From: a virus
Lineage: Duplodnaviria; Heunggongvirae; Uroviricota; Caudoviricetes
DNA: 64,000 bases
Reading direction: 5' to 3' (one strand)
IMG/VR virus record: IMGVR_UViG_2886837984_000001
Coordinates: 1-64,000 of that record
Positions 1 through 8,099 of the stretch are shown piece after piece; positions within the stretch are counted from its first letter, which is position 1, and the number at the start of each line of letters is the position of its first letter. The translations under genes and the position numbers were made by a program. Below the pieces are notes generated by a model, which saw nothing but the letters and a program-made list of their open reading frames with translations, was not told the DNA's origin and searched no databases.

Positions 1-468
1 CTCTTTGATGTTGTCGATATCAAGGTCTCCAAGCGACTTCGGAAGGGGAGCGGTCTTCTCGATCCACGCATAGGCATACTGTTCGCCGTCGATGAGACCG
101 CCCATGAGGACGTCTCGCACGAACGACTTGTCACGGATCTGGTCTGCGAAGGTGTTCGCCTTCTCGATATTCTTCGGTACGTTCTTCTTCTCGTTCTTGG
201 TGGCGTAGGCCACGCGGTCGAGTGTCGGGAGTGATTTCATGTAATCGATGACGTTCGTGTAGACGCCGTTTCGCGAGTACATCCGACGGGACAGGCGTTT
301 GATTTGACGGTGGCTGGTCATCGGGTTGTTGATCCATTGTCGGATCGTCTCGGGACTCTCTTCGCCAAAATACACTCTGTCCGCGCCTTGCGACGTCAAG
401 AGGTCGAAGAACGAGTTGAATTCGTGTGTCTCTTCCGGTAGTTCCGGGTTTTGTGCGGTTTCTGTCAT
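1..468 (-). CDS. Putative portal protein, N-terminal part. It is 5' complete and runs off the window edge.
   Basis: ATG at 468 is preceded by AGGAAAGG. The frame stays open to position 1 on manual translation. It sits immediately downstream of the terminase large subunit, and the composition looks portal-like. The product call rests on gene order. Confidence 0.45.
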   Translation of the reverse strand, partial: MTETAQNPELPEETHEFNSFFDLLTSQGADRVYFGEESPETIRQWINNPMTSHRQIKRLSRRMYSRNGVYTNVIDYMKSLPTLDRVAYATKNEKKNVPKNIEKANTFADQIRDKSFVRDVLMGGLIDGEQYAYAWIEKTAPLPKSLGDLDIDNIKE

Positions 469-492
469 TGTTTCACCGCCTTTCCTGATTGA

Positions 493-1926
493 TTAGTCGA
501 AGAACAGTCCGTACTCGAAGTCGGAGTCTTCGGCTTTGAGCTCATCCTCTAAAATAGAGGCGAGCAGGTTTCCGTAGGCGAGGGAAGAATATCTGTCCTT
601 ACGCATACGGCCTTTTTCCTTGAGACGGATCTTTCCGTTCAAGATCTCGTACTCAAGGTTGATCATCTCGTTGATGAGTGCGGTCGTCTGAAAGAACGGC
701 GCTAACATGCGCGCTTGCGTCTCTGAGTCGATTTTGTCGAGCTCATATTTATCTTCCAGGTAGTCCCGTCCCTCGAGGTCGTTCGCAAGTAGTTCGATTT
801 TCCCGTTCTCGATTGCGGCACGAAGTTTCGTGGCGATCGTATGGTTGATGTCGACCGTTGCTTTGACCGTATAGATGACCGGGAGAGCCATCGAGGGAGC
901 TCGTTCGGCCAACGCTTCGTCATTGTCCGACTTCCACGCCTCGTATTCGCTATCCCTCTCGTCGTCCCGTGTAACCTTGATCAATTCGTCATAGACCGAC
1001 ATCCCTAGACCGAGGGCATCGAGAACCGCCCAATCTGCTTCGAAATCATAAAAAAGACGCTTAAACATAAGCGCCTGGTAGTCTGAGTTTGCCCCGTTCA
1101 ACGAGTAGATGTTGACGATCTGTCGTTTGTACTCGCCGCCGTTAGGAAGCAACCGGATCAATGTGAAAATCGAGTTATCGTTATCTTTACCGCCGCTAAG
1201 GGCGACGTCTAGCGAGATGATTCGTTTCTCTCCGTTGACCTTCGGTATCTTCATCTTGGCGACACGTTTCACCGACGACGCGATAGTAGCCTCGTCAAAG
1301 AAGATGGCCGGTTTCAAGACTTTCCGACACTTTTGCATGTCTTCGAGACGGAAATAAGCTTTTTCTGACGAACCGTAGAACAGCGCCTCGTACTCCATCG
1401 AGAATGCGATAGGGTCGAAGTCATCCTCTTGCATCACCTGTTCGATGAACTTCGGCGGAAGCAACCCCTCATGGATCGAGAGGTTGTACTCGAGGTTGAC
1501 GGCGCAATAGTCGTCGTTCCCCTTGAACATCTGATAGGCGATCGCCTTCCATTTGTCGTACACCCAATTCGATCGATAGTGAGCGGACGTCAGGATGATC
1601 TCTGCGTTCGGCTCGACGGGGTAGTCTTTGTATTCGGTCTTGTTCTTGAATCCTGGAATCCGCTGAACGTTCAAGAACGGACGGAATATTTTGGTATAAT
1701 TCTCTGCCTTCAAAAGAATCGCTTCATCGGCCACCAATACCTGAGCACGAACGCCTCGGGCGTTTTCGTTGTTCGGTACGACGGTGATGGACGATCCGTT
1801 ATGGAAGAATACGTCGATGTTGCCACCACTGGTTTGAATCTTTTTGATCTCACGGGCGATATTCGGGTACTGCATGAGTTCCTTCTCTATCTTCTCCGTG
1901 ACAATCATCTTGGCTTGCCCTTTGGT
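493..1926 (-). CDS. terL: Terminase large subunit, exon 3. Covers the ATPase from after the P-loop through Walker B (VLVADE) and the nuclease domain.
   Basis: The first part (TKGQAKMIV...GNIDVFFHNGSSI...ARGV...LVADEA) aligns with T4 gp17 AHKGSMSAEVL...GSIELDNGSSI...VRGN...YIEDCAF. The frame is open from 1926 and carries no Walker A of its own. The region immediately upstream is intron sequence ending in G. Confidence 0.85.
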   Translation of the reverse strand, partial: TKGQAKMIVTEKIEKELMQYPNIAREIKKIQTSGGNIDVFFHNGSSITVVPNNENARGVRAQVLVADEAILLKAENYTKIFRPFLNVQRIPGFKNKTEYKDYPVEPNAEIILTSAHYRSNWVYDKWKAIAYQMFKGNDDYCAVNLEYNLSIHEGLLPPKFIEQVMQEDDFDPIAFSMEYEALFYGSSEKAYFRLEDMQKCRKVLKPAIFFDEATIASSVKRVAKMKIPKVNGEKRIISLDVALSGGKDNDNSIFTLIRLLPNGGEYKRQIVNIYSLNGANSDYQALMFKRLFYDFEADWAVLDALGLGMSVYDELIKVTRDDERDSEYEAWKSDNDEALAERAPSMALPVIYTVKATVDINHTIATKLRAAIENGKIELLANDLEGRDYLEDKYELDKIDSETQARMLAPFFQTTALINEMINLEYEILNGKIRLKEKGRMRKDRYSSLAYGNLLASILEDELKAEDSDFEYGLFFD

Positions 1927-3050
1927 CAGTTTTGTTATCGCATGGGCTTTTTATCCCTTGCTTCTACGCCTACATGGTCTCGGCGTAGCTCAGCATACAT
2001 CTTCACCCTCTAGGGGTGTCGGAGACTCGTGCCGGAATTATATTCTTCTTTGCGAAGGTTCATCCGGTATGCGTTACGATGCCGCCTGACTTTTAATCCA
2101 GGCGATTATCTCGGTATTGGGACATCAAACCATATCCTTTTACCGATATTCCCCGATCATAATCTCGGAGATTGCTCACCGAGACGGCGCCGGAAGATTA
2201 GCGTCGAAAAGTTCTTTCATGAACATAGCTTTCTTGAATTTTCTATCTAAGTGAATTTTCGAGTTGAAGTAATGAGCGTTTAAAAAACGAACAATATCTT
2301 CTCTTCTTGTAATCATTAGTTTATCGTTGTTTTTTCGTTTGGCATAAATACTCGATTTAATACCTAGCGAATCAAAATAAACTTTTAATTCGTTGAGAAC
2401 GACATCTTTATATCCCACGATTTCAACAGCGTAACGATACCGCTCATATCCCCGTTTATCTCTTCCGAACGACATATAAAGAGAACCATCTCCGTCAACA
2501 AATCCTCTAACGAAATGTTTCATCATCGCTGGGTTGATGCCGGTGAGACTCATCGCATATGTTTTGTTATGACCTATCCCGTAAGAAATTATGTCATTAC
2601 ATAATTCGGTTGAATGTATGATAATTTCGCAAGAAGGATATTCTTTACCATTAGACTTAGCTATTTTTTCTCTAACTGGAACATTAGCTTTGATGGCGTT
2701 TTTAAATTTCTCAAGATGACCCTTATCTTCGCCCTTTAAGGTTATTTTTAACGCCTTTGCCCCGGTCTTATCAATGATACAACCGTCTGCTGCGATAAAC
2801 CCTAACCAATACGACTTTTCTTCCGAGTCAATGACTTTAAAGAAATCTTTGTCATAATGATACCGAACAGTCATTCGAGAATATTTGGTATCGGTGATCC
2901 CCAAGGATTTGATTTTATGTCTCACGGATATTTTCGATCTGTTAAGAACGTCTCCGATTTCCTGAGCCGACATGTTTTTTGCATTTTCACTTAGATACAA
3001 TTCTTCTTCTTCAGTCCATTTTTTAACTTTTCGCATATATCTCCTTATTC
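1927..3050 (-). other. Group I-like intron 2 of terL. The homing-endonuclease ORF sits at its 5' end, followed by a structured core of about 250 nt.
   Basis: It lies between exon 2 (ends ...IAIVSG at 3051) and exon 3 (starts TKGQAK at 1926). The core at 1930 to 2175 is about 70% identical to intron 1 and shows compensatory hairpin changes. It ends ...AACAAAACUG followed by the exon. Confidence 0.55.
2176..3036 (-). CDS. LAGLIDADG-family homing endonuclease with two motifs and an N-terminal sigma-70 region-4-like HTH. It is encoded inside the intron.
   Basis: Motifs YWLGFIAADG and FVRGFVDGDGSL. The N-terminus EEEELYLSENAKNMSAQEIGDVLNRSKISVRHKIKSLG is HTH-like. It has its own RBS, AAGGAGATATATG. 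Confidence 0.85.
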   Translation of the reverse strand: MRKVKKWTEEEELYLSENAKNMSAQEIGDVLNRSKISVRHKIKSLGITDTKYSRMTVRYHYDKDFFKVIDSEEKSYWLGFIAADGCIIDKTGAKALKITLKGEDKGHLEKFKNAIKANVPVREKIAKSNGKEYPSCEIIIHSTELCNDIISYGIGHNKTYAMSLTGINPAMMKHFVRGFVDGDGSLYMSFGRDKRGYERYRYAVEIVGYKDVVLNELKVYFDSLGIKSSIYAKRKNNDKLMITRREDIVRFLNAHYFNSKIHLDRKFKKAMFMKELFDANLPAPSR

Positions 3051-3128
3051 ACCACTAACGATTGCTATTTTACTTTTTGGGAAAAGCACACATCTCGTAA
3101 TACAGTAAATCGCAGTCAGGAAGGATTT
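3051..3128 (-). CDS. terL: Terminase large subunit, exon 2. A 78-nt micro-exon encoding KSFLTAIYCITRCVLFPKSKIAIVSG, which supplies the Walker A lysine.
   Basis: Joining exon 1 to exon 2 gives AARGLGKS, a Walker A motif. The peptide aligns with T4 gp17 [25 protein letters not shown]. It is flanked by intron ends: ...AAAAGUG upstream, and an in-frame stop right after GGU downstream. Confidence 0.7.
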
Positions 3129-3402
3129 CACTTTTGTTATCGCAAAGGCTTTTTATCCTCTGCTTCTATATCTACATGGTCTTGATATAGGTCAGCATAT
3201 ATTTTCTTCTCGTCTAGAGAAGCCAAGGACTCGTGGGCGTCACTATGTTCTGCCAAAGCAGTTTCAGACATGCCTATGCGTTACGATATCACTCATCTTT
3301 TAAAACGAATGATTATCTCGGTGTTGGGAACGTGCAATCCATATCCTTTCACCGATATTCCTCGGTTTTCCATACTAGATCGCTCTAATAGGGGGCGAAT
3401 CC
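3129..3402 (-). other. Group I-like intron 1 of terL, 274 nt and ORF-less. It is inserted inside the Walker A codons, between GLG and KS.
   Basis: The exon 1 frame hits a stop 6 codons into this segment. The segment is homologous to the core of intron 2 with covarying stems, for example CTACGCC...GGCGTAG versus CTATATC...GATATAG. The 5' splice site follows a U, with GCCC seven nt downstream to pair with GGGU. The 3' end is G. Confidence 0.6.
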
Positions 3403-3672
3403 ACCCAATCCCCTGGCCGCGATGAACGCGGTGATACTACTGTGGAACATCATATAAATCAAAATCATCTGGAACAGCTTTAAGTCGAGACCGAAATAAT
3501 CTTTGATGAAGCGGTGTGGGTTTGCTCGATAGAAAGAACCCCATACCAAAAGCCCTTCATTCAATCTGTCGGCCTTGTTTTTAGGAAGACCGTCTTTTCG
3601 CTGCTTCTTCTCGCGAGAGTATATGTTTCCTCCGCGCTTGTCTTTGTTTCTGTTGACTTGAAACGCACCCAT
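3403..3672 (-). CDS. terL: Terminase large subunit, exon 1. It is the N-terminal 90 aa, ending ...LFQMILIYMMFHSSITAFIAARGLG.
   Basis: The sequence aligns residue for residue with T4 gp17 [24 protein letters not shown], directly before GKT. Its ATG overlaps the stop of the upstream gene. Confidence 0.7.
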
Positions 3673-4532
3673 TACTTGTCACCATCCAAAACGGACTCGA
3701 TATCGTCGTTCTTCGAACGGAGGTCGAGCGCTCGTTGCATCTGGTTGGTGAACCATTTAGTCATGTATTTCTTGATCCCGTCCACATCCTCGAAGATGTC
3801 TAATGGCTCGGGGATAGGACGCTCGTTCTCGATCTTCTCCATAAACTGACCGAAAGTGGCCGTGGAATTCTCGTCAAAACCGGTCTCCTGGAGTGGTTTG
3901 ATACGGGCATCACCCATTTGGCTCGATGCCGTTCTTTGGAGTTTTTCGTACTCAGATACATTTCCGTTAAATAAAGCTTCGTCTGATTTATGCAATGTGA
4001 TCACATAGCTTCGATAAAGGTTTCTTTTGACCGGTGTATCCGCCTCGTAAGCACTCAACATCTCTTGATACATCGCTTCTAGTTTGATCTTCTCTGCCGA
4101 ACTGAAACCGACCCACCGAGTCTTACTTGCCTGGCTCAACTCGTCGTCATCTTCTGATTCGGGGAACTCCGAGTCGTCCCATGTAAGGTTCGACATGCTG
4201 CTGATGCTGATGGATTTGAAGTAGTTCCCTAAGACCGCTTTTCCTTCCGAGCTATTTTCTGCCGCAATCCACTTGTCTTCGATAAACGGTTTGTCCATCC
4301 GTCGAAGCGTGTCGTAGACCGATACCTGGCTCGTCTCGTCAAACTGGTCTAAAATACATGTTTTACAGGTCGGGAATAGGGCGTCAGAATGATACGGGTT
4401 GGAGGATTTATAGTATTCGCTATATTTCCTCTCCTCACCGCAACAGGTACACGTCTTCAGCGTCCCGTTCTTCACCTTGCTGCTCAGACCCTTGAATTTG
4501 TCTGTGTTGACCGGTCTTGCCATGTCTGTCAC
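3672..4532 (-). CDS. Hypothetical protein with an N-terminal Cys4 zinc ribbon. It is a positional candidate for the terminase small subunit.
   Basis: 286-aa ORF with a CTCCGE...CKTC motif. It lies immediately upstream of terL exon 1 and is translationally coupled to it. It has an acidic central region. Confidence 0.6.
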   Translation of the reverse strand: MTDMARPVNTDKFKGLSSKVKNGTLKTCTCCGEERKYSEYYKSSNPYHSDALFPTCKTCILDQFDETSQVSVYDTLRRMDKPFIEDKWIAAENSSEGKAVLGNYFKSISISSMSNLTWDDSEFPESEDDDELSQASKTRWVGFSSAEKIKLEAMYQEMLSAYEADTPVKRNLYRSYVITLHKSDEALFNGNVSEYEKLQRTASSQMGDARIKPLQETGFDENSTATFGQFMEKIENERPIPEPLDIFEDVDGIKKYMTKWFTNQMQRALDLRSKNDDIESVLDGDK

Positions 4533-4535
4533 TCC

Positions 4536-5726
4536 TTAATTGAAGCGCAGGTTATATGTACAGAGTCGTCCGAGTTCACGCTCCCACACCATGAATTTCT
4601 GATGGGGGATGCTTGTCGCCCGAATGTCTTTCGCAAATTCGTCCACACCCGAGAGTGTGCCGTTTTGAATGATGTCAACGCCGTGAACTTCTTTTTCGAA
4701 GTGGTGGTGTCGATGTCCAAGGAGAACGGCAGCCGGTTTTCGGCCGGTCATGAGCGTCAAGTTCTCGACCACGTTGTTCGGTCGATCCTTGTGACCATGA
4801 ACCCCGTACACTAAGTCTCCGCAAATGTTGATTTCACACAATTCTTCATCGATTTGATTCTCGTGGAACGTCACACGAGCGTTGTTCTCGAGACGTGCTT
4901 TCACGTACCAGTGGATGATATCCATGAAACTCTCAGAAGAGAGCGTCAAGTCTTTCTGTGGTGTGATGCGGTCGTGGTTGCCTCGCACACAGTAGTAGTC
5001 GATACTGAAGTGCTCGGATAGTTCGTTCACGACCTCGGCAAGCACCTCTCCGACACGCATTGTCTGAATCGATACGTTCTCCGTGTTTTCGATACGGATC
5101 GTCTGATGGATGAGTCCTGAAATCATGTCGCCCAATACGGCCACATGCAGACGCTCGATCCCGTTCTCGATCCCGTGTTGGATCACACGGTTCTTGAGGT
5201 AGGCGACCCGTTCGAAGAACACGTTGTTGTCGAACTTGTTCCATGCGTTGTTCGCATGTGTCCCGAAGTGCCAGTCCGAGAAGACCGTGAGACCTTCGCG
5301 TTCCGATACGACGGGAACAGAAAAGTCTTCTTGGATGAGCGGTTTGCTCTGTGCAAGAAGACGGATCTCATGAAGCATATTCGCTTTCATCTCTTCGACT
5401 CGAGCCTCGTCACGCACATAACCTTTGTAGATACGGCGTTGGTCTTGCACCCGAATCTTTTCTTTTTCGAGCTCACGACGTTTGATTTCGAGTTCTGCTG
5501 TCAGATCGTCAAACGATACCGACTTGTCTTCCGCATATCTCATACCTTCTTGGAAGGCCGCATATTTCTTGCGCCACTTCGACTCGCCGTGATCCTTGCC
5601 AAACTCTTCGTTCAAGATCTGTCCGACCTCTACCCAACTCAGACCGTATTGATCCTTGTTCGAGCAGATGCGGACGAAATAATCTTGTTCGGTCTCGTCG
5701 CTCAATCGTTTGATTTCAATCATCAT
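4536..5726 (-). CDS. Calcineurin-like metallophosphoesterase family protein.
   Basis: Motifs HVAVLGD, VRGNHD, GVHGHKD and LGHRHHH. The N-terminal 150 aa is an extra domain. Confidence 0.7.
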   Translation of the reverse strand: MMIEIKRLSDETEQDYFVRICSNKDQYGLSWVEVGQILNEEFGKDHGESKWRKKYAAFQEGMRYAEDKSVSFDDLTAELEIKRRELEKEKIRVQDQRRIYKGYVRDEARVEEMKANMLHEIRLLAQSKPLIQEDFSVPVVSEREGLTVFSDWHFGTHANNAWNKFDNNVFFERVAYLKNRVIQHGIENGIERLHVAVLGDMISGLIHQTIRIENTENVSIQTMRVGEVLAEVVNELSEHFSIDYYCVRGNHDRITPQKDLTLSSESFMDIIHWYVKARLENNARVTFHENQIDEELCEINICGDLVYGVHGHKDRPNNVVENLTLMTGRKPAAVLLGHRHHHFEKEVHGVDIIQNGTLSGVDEFAKDIRATSIPHQKFMVWERELGRLCTYNLRFN

Positions 5727-5920
5727 TAGTCCTCCGAATCTACTGGTTCAACGGTCGTTTTCTCGGTGATGCTGATGACGACTTCTGCGTCATGGAAACG
5801 TTTCAAGACTTCCATGAGGTCGTATTCGAACTCACCGGCTTTCGTGATTTCTGTGACGCGCATCGTGCCGACGTCCAATGATCCTTTAAGTGAAACCGAA
5901 TGTTTGATCTCTGCTGGCAT
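5726..5920 (-). CDS. Hypothetical small protein.
   Basis: ORF in an operon context. The start is more likely the internal ATG at 5920 (MPAEIKH...) than the TTG used by the ORF track. Confidence 0.4.
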   Translation of the reverse strand: MPAEIKHSVSLKGSLDVGTMRVTEITKAGEFEYDLMEVLKRFHDAEVVISITEKTTVEPVDSED

Positions 5921-5921
5921 C

Positions 5922-6083
5922 TCAGACCACCTCCGATTCAAAGGTGAAGTCTTCGACCTTTTCGAGCTCGTCTTTTACGATATCGAGTTGCTCTTTGATC
6001 TCCGTGTTGCATTTGTGACCGGCTTTCTGAAGCTCTGCAAGAACCTCAAGGAAGCGGAGTCGGTAGTTTAATTTTTCGTTCAT
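5922..6083 (-). CDS. Hypothetical small protein, 53 aa: MNEKLNYRLRFLEVLAELQK...
   Basis: ATG at 6083 with GGAGAG upstream. Its stop lies 1 nt before the ATG of the next gene. This is the first gene of the leftward operon. Confidence 0.35.
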   Translation of the reverse strand: MNEKLNYRLRFLEVLAELQKAGHKCNTEIKEQLDIVKDELEKVEDFTFESEVV

Positions 6084-6104
6084 CGTTCATCTCTCCGTTT
6101 CTAT

Positions 6105-6190
6105 GTATGTTCTAATGTTAGAATATATAAGTTCTATAATTAGAAGATTAATGTTCTAACGTTAGACTATTTATGTTCTAATGTTAGAAT
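6105..6190. promoter_or_regulatory. Array of four palindromic sites, TGTTCTAA-YG-TTAGAAT, spaced about 22 bp apart. A candidate operator array upstream of the leftward late operon.
   Basis: Three near-identical copies at about 6106, 6152 and 6174, plus a degenerate TTCTATAATTAGAA at about 6133. They are read directly from the sequence. Confidence 0.45.
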
Positions 6191-6200
6191 TTTGTTTGCA

Positions 6201-6247
6201 AAAAAAAGACTCGCCCTAGTCCGCATCGTTGATAGGCGTGGCGAGTT
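6201..6247 (-). terminator. Putative rho-independent terminator on the minus strand.
   Basis: GACTCGCC and GGCGAGT arms are followed on the minus strand by a U8 run (A8 on plus, 6200 to 6207). Confidence 0.35.
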
Positions 6248-6364
6248 CATGTCTAATTCAATTGCGGAGAGGTCTCCCTAACCGCTTTAGTCCGGGTGTG
6301 GTACAGGACTTTGCTCTGGTGTCGACGAATCGACATGATAGTAGAATCGAATGAAGGGGAGTTT

Positions 6365-6462
6365 GTTGGCCAGGTTTCCCACACCTCATTAGAGTTTTTT
6401 AGCCAGGTGTCTAATCACCTCTCGAATTTTATTTAGCCAGGTGTTTTGCCACCTCACGACAT
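6365..6462. promoter_or_regulatory. Three copies of TTAGCCAGGTGT-N5-6-CACCTC, an inverted repeat AGGTG/CACCT, at a spacing of about 31 bp.
   Basis: The copies sit at about 6369, 6401 and 6433. The palindromes GAGGGTTGACCCTC and GACGTC...GACGTC follow. Confidence 0.35.
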
Positions 6463-7114
6463 TCGATTCTAGAAAGGTGAGGGTTGACCCTCATGATAAA
6501 ATGGCGCCTTTATTGGACGTCAAAAATGAAAATATAACGCCTGAAACCAAAAGTGACGTCCCACGTAGTTGTGGCTTTTTCGTCAGGTTGCGAACCTGAT
6601 CCGGTGATAATTTGTCCGCAACGAGGCAGGACGATGTATGCACTCAATTGTGCGGTGCGCTAGGCACAAAATATAAAGACCCGACGAGGTTCGCTTCTAT
6701 GCTAGGCGTGTCGGGTTCCGGTAAATCAAATAAGACCCCAAAGGGTCGTGACAAATTTCTTTGCCACCAAATTGGTCTTTACAAATCAAATTTGCACCAC
6801 TTAAGGCGCGGGTTATCCAAATGAGGACACCCTCAATATAGAAGGCTCGAAGTGTTTCGCATATTCAGAGGCGTTTTCGAACTACTGTTCTAAAAAATAG
6901 ATGACGCCCCGTCTACGCCTTAGGGGGATAGCTTTCGTAGCATTGTTTTCCTTTTTTCAAAGCCGCTACGCCGGAGCAGGTTTCATCTCTAACCCGCTAG
7001 TTTTGAACACCCATTCGCCCACACAGCCTTTTGTCCGAAGTCTCGTTGACAGTCGATTGGATCGATACAAGATGACCTTCGGGGGTCTGAGTAGGAATTC
7101 TGGATGCCAAATTT

Positions 7115-7167
7115 GATAAAAACTCGGCTTACAGCCCGGGGAATGATAGACAGGCCGAGTTTTTATC
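7115..7167. terminator. Candidate bidirectional terminator hairpin.
   Basis: AAAAACTCGGC ... GCCGAGTTTTT stem, flanked by an A-run and a T-run. Confidence 0.4.
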
Positions 7168-7395
7168 AATAAATACGCTGTATTGTGTGTCTTCGCCTTG
7201 GCGGACAAGCAAATTAATCAGCGTTGACAGCCGTGGCTGTGAAGTAAAACGGGCCACTTAACTTGTTTTGAAGTTATCCTTCTAGCAAGCCACCTCTGGG
7301 ACTTTGTTGAGGTCTTTCCTCTAATGTTGAGTCTTCACGACTCACATATCCGAAGATACGCATCTTTAATGTGGTGCTGACTAATCAGCATGATA

Positions 7396-7668
7396 TTAGT
7401 TTTTGCAGCAACAAGGACTTTCGACTTTAAAACCTCTTGCTTTAACCCGCTCGGCTTGAATGTCGATAGGTTGATTTTTATTTTCTTCGAGATCTTTAAT
7501 GTGGTTTTCGAGTTCTGCAAGACGTTGCTTATATTCGCCTAAGTAATCTTTACGGTTTTGTAGCAACTCTTCCTGAAAATTAATCTCTGACTCTGTACTT
7601 CTAATTTCAGCATTAATACGTTTTGCTTCCCTTTGCAGAGTGCTAATCACGGCTTTCATCTTCATCAT
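7396..7668 (-). CDS. Hypothetical coiled-coil protein, 90 aa.
   Basis: It is the only sizeable ORF in the 2-kb non-coding hub and has a weak RBS. Its heptad-like content is charged. Confidence 0.35.
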   Translation of the reverse strand: MMKMKAVISTLQREAKRINAEIRSTESEINFQEELLQNRKDYLGEYKQRLAELENHIKDLEENKNQPIDIQAERVKARGFKVESPCCCKN

Positions 7669-8099
7669 CCTTTTCTCTTTTATTGGTTTTTAGCGCTCAA
7701 ATCAGCCTTTTCTAAGGCTAGAACTAAAAATAATCCGCGCACACCTATCTTTCAAGGCGGCGCAGATGTTGGTCGGTCAGTCCGACCTGCTTCGAAATCT
7801 ACCTAGCTAGGTTGCTGTCTTTCTGTTTTTAACGTGGAGCTCGGCTGCACCACTATTAAGTTGTGTGTGATCTTTGAGGGTGGCCGCGCGATAAGCACGA
7901 CCAATTCCCTTGTGATGCGGTATGAATAGTTGCCCGCTCTAACCGAACTCTGCGAGCCGTCTGCGCATGACAGTTTTCCTTGAGACGACGGATTTCCGAC
8001 CCAATGTCGTACTCTCCTCAGACACATAGCCCTACGCATCTGCGCCCATTCTCAAAAGTGGCTAATCCTTCGAGAATCGCGGTATGTATGATTTATGAT

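Noticed and set aside
131-337. A 68-aa minus-strand ORF in the ORF track
   Set aside because: It is low-complexity and rich in P, Q and R. It lies in a different frame inside the much better supported portal-like ORF (468 to 1), which has a good RBS. It is treated as a frame shadow.
1429-2013. Plus-strand ORFs antisense to terL, and similar antisense ORFs inside recD (12481 to 12972), the recombinase (14290 to 14787), dnaB (41556 to 41984) and nrdD (63060 to 63257)
   Set aside because: They are shadows inside strongly supported genes on the other strand. None has an RBS or a coupling signal.
1909-3672. An intein or a group II intron as the cause of the terL interruption
   Set aside because: Stops occur in frame right after each exon, so protein splicing is excluded. 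The inserts are 274 and 1124 nt, end in G and have covarying short hairpins. Group II domain V and VI signatures are absent. A group I-like intron is favoured, although the subgroup and full P1 to P9 assignment could not be completed by eye.
6612-7208. Small ORFs 6612 to 6824 (+), 6901 to 7116 (+) and 6966 to 7208 (-) inside the hub
   Set aside because: They have no RBS, they overlap one another and they cross the terminator-like hairpin. They are likely spurious.
6200-7800. tRNA genes in the non-coding hub
   Set aside because: The TTCGATTC-like strings at 6330 and 6490 lack flanking acceptor and anticodon stems. No cloverleaf could be folded by eye.
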